A stretch of DNA of 64,000 bases from Adineta vaga. Its lineage: Eukaryota > Animalia > Rotifera. The position numbers and the translations under genes are program-made. Location: contig CP075494.1 of NCBI GenBank assembly GCA_021613535.1, positions 16,430,001 to 16,494,000 on the forward strand, read 5' to 3'. A model generated the notes under the pieces. The model had not been told where the DNA came from and did not search any database. It worked only from the letters and a program-made list of their open reading frames with translations. This document shows positions 62,701 to 64,000 of this stretch, in pieces; the stretch's first letter is position 1, and every line of letters begins with the position of its first letter.

Positions 62701-64000
62701 CCATCACAAAGAACTTTAAATACGAGATGATTTTGTAAATAATATTGAGTGGAATGTAATTCATCTGAACTATCTGAACAATCACTTATTTTATCATTAA
62801 TCAGAAATTTATTTATACATTTATTTTCATTTAAACACTTGAAACGACAAGTTTTAATATCATTAAGTAAACAACTATTATCATACATTTCATCGTCACG
62901 AAGTGGACAATCTATTCTACCATCTAATAGACGACTTATTGATATACATTTAGAAAAAAATAAACATTGATATAATAATAAATCATGTGAACAATTCATT
63001 AATGATAATGGACAACGAATTGAAAAATATTTACGAATTATTTCATATGTTTTATTCCAAGTTTGAGAAATAGATGACACATGACGAAATTCTTTGTTAA
63101 AATCTACACATGTACGTCCTAGAATTACAATGATTGTGGCATTCATAAATGGACATAATTTTGAATTAAAACATATATATAATGGTGGATGAAATAATGC
63201 TTCGGAATTCATACGACTTATTTGATAGAGAAAATAGATATGATTAAATAGAACAGGTGTTAAAGGGAACACAAATAAATATTTTGGACAATCAATTTCT
63301 GCTGAATTAATCCATGAAAAGAATTCAAAATCACTTTCACATATGATTGAATCTTCTTGTTCGATAGAATGTTGTAAACCTGTTAGACAAAACATTGATT
63401 CTTGACAAAATCTTGGTAATGGTTCTCCATATTTAGGATATTGAATATATTTATAACGATTATTTTGACATTTATGAAATGCATCAACACATTGTCCATC
63501 TCCACATGAAAATAATTGTAATTGATCTCGTCGTGGATAACATGTTGTTTCTTCACATCGAAATGCTAAATCTATTGAACATTCAGTTGATGTAGTTTTT
63601 GTTCCCAATTCATCAGTTCCATCGATACAATCTGGATTTAATGGATCATCATAAAAAAATTCGATCGGTATACATTGACCATTGTAACAACGATATTCGT
63701 TCATATTGCATTGATTTGCTTCTAGTTGCCAACATTCTTCTTCATCTTCACCTTGAAGACAATCTTGTTTTCCATCACATATTTCACGCCAATCAAGACA
63801 AAGATTTTGTGATCCAAGATTACATTCTAAATAAATAAAACATGCAGGAGGAGAAGAAGCTCCAGTAAAGTAAGGAGGTCTATTTATTGTTTCGATATAA
63901 TCAATCAATGAAAAATTTTGAGCTTTTATCATCATTAATTGATCAGACAATGATATTAATCCAAATGAATATTGACAATAATATCCAAACCAAGGTGGTG
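59709..64000 (-). CDS. LDLa-repeat/EGF-repeat/7TM receptor, 5' end outside the window
   Basis: LDLa repeats (CLDWREICDG..DC..GEDE, C.NGQCIP..DC.DGTDE), EGF repeats (C.C.PG..G..C), 7TM with TIDR; frame is open to the window edge. Confidence 0.9.
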   Translation of the reverse strand, partial: PPWFGYYCQYSFGLISLSDQLMMIKAQNFSLIDYIETINRPPYFTGASSPPACFIYLECNLGSQNLCLDWREICDGKQDCLQGEDEEECWQLEANQCNMNEYRCYNGQCIPIEFFYDDPLNPDCIDGTDELGTKTTSTECSIDLAFRCEETTCYPRRDQLQLFSCGDGQCVDAFHKCQNNRYKYIQYPKYGEPLPRFCQESMFCLTGLQHSIEQEDSIICESDFEFFSWINSAEIDCPKYLFVFPLTPVLFNHIYFLYQISRMNSEALFHPPLYICFNSKLCPFMNATIIVILGRTCVDFNKEFRHVSSISQTWNKTYEIIRKYFSIRCPLSLMNCSHDLLLYQCLFFSKCISISRLLDGRIDCPLRDDEMYDNSCLLNDIKTCRFKCLNENKCINKFLINDKISDCSDSSDELHSTQYYLQNHLVFKVLCDGIEDMIPILIDGHNQSDETNCEEWPCNNHYTRCNFVWNCPKGEDELDCNNLLFKCPLNHHSCISPLTHELFCLSIEYINNNIIDCIGATDEQEFCRLKYSLEKRNRYRCWNSDECTNIETIRHCDSYIDDKLQLILSSGRQNSSNKNILMIENHLERLTYIKTAGVFLIGHLGIEKQSLLLNSNSNNLCHRGIMIRTVWKNGLTWKCMCPPSTYGNNCQYQNQRVTLIVEIRSVYDWRYMYMFVFMLITDENEIISHDYRYHSPKLICNTKWYIYLLYNSRPKNFTKKYNIRIDAYILQLFQVKYRSTWYYPIHFPFLPVHRLALKLSNPTPLTFDIQNLCPLNCNGNGFCTMAKTRNDQNIFICLCQPGWWGIHCENKQQKLFVCNCAPGSLCISVYPKVICICPLGRIGPRCYIKIYHCNDFGGCFNGGQCVVLDDKSIFTDGRCLCPEGFGGKQCQPLKTNLLVTFDRKLSIPSMIFLHFLGTQDTNDGTPTTIFKIIHPYETQINIHTIVNKYDFVVGQLESNYYLIHPMKTNDQHTTMPILKINRCVSSKDLFNSSFIKEHLLRRIKLYQLLCRKHNDLSCFYDEIQICICNKNRTTHCILFKQNRTYVCSNDHNKCENDGYCFQDKLNCPTISACLCRECFYGSTCQFNTKSFSISLDAILGYQINPRAILKSQLNSIKFTTITIALMFIIGIFNSIISLTIFIQGKIYKVSCGIYLISTCILSIFILITFSLKFLFLLLIQTKIIQNSALNYYQCKSLDYILRVCLNWSDWLDLFVTIDRALRVIQGLKFHENRNKKRAKYTTISLFVLSSISNIQEIFYHDLIDDDIEKRTWCITRYSLFIQKYNIISQSLHFFLPFLLNIISVLIIIIIRIRTRFHIQTQYSFYQHIHKEFARHKHIFISPIILILLKTPRLIFSLISTCIKSDRDPWLFLIGYLTTYIPSILFFFIFVLPSRLYMKIFKQIFISRVRVCVNGFSLFTPKPHVRFVFQ
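59730..59781. repeat. Telomere-repeat palindrome, B-like spacer, overlapping the end of a CDS
   Basis: ATGGGGTTTGGGTGTGAAT-AAAGAGAAGCC-ATTCACACACACACGCACCCGA. Confidence 0.65.

Noticed and set aside
1-64000. Bacterial integron, prophage or contaminant contig
   Set aside because: Spliceosomal introns throughout, genes on both strands, no intI or other recombinase, and no GTTRRRY attC cores; the integron comparison is only an analogy.

Overview
AT-rich eukaryotic DNA with short GT-AG introns. The gene content points to a bdelloid rotifer (inference): NHL-repeat fusions, orphan 7TM receptors, F-box/LRR, an R-S-E ADP-ribosyltransferase, an RdRP, and probably foreign genes such as DUF2985, PA-M28 peptidase and urea carboxylase. 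TGTGGG/TGAGGG repeats fit this assignment. The window holds about 14 genes, at least 5 decayed gene fragments and one intact DD34E Tc1 transposon. The main signal is a family of about 16 recognisable (plus about 3 very degenerate) 50-90 bp imperfect palindromes, consensus (C)ATCTTGAGGG(TGTGGG)n - 15-30 bp spacer - (CCCACA)nCCCTCAAGAT(G). They resemble miniature head-to-head telomere-repeat junctions, recur about every 3-4 kb and divide the window into modules of 0-3 genes. None lies in an identified intron. Several sit at the broken ends of gene fragments (G-alpha-q, urea carboxylase, PARP, a GPCR paralog), and I saw no continuation of those genes on the far side. They therefore look like rearrangement junctions (cassette recombination sites or telomerase-type repair scars) rather than simple insertions. 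No recombinase for them is encoded in the window.
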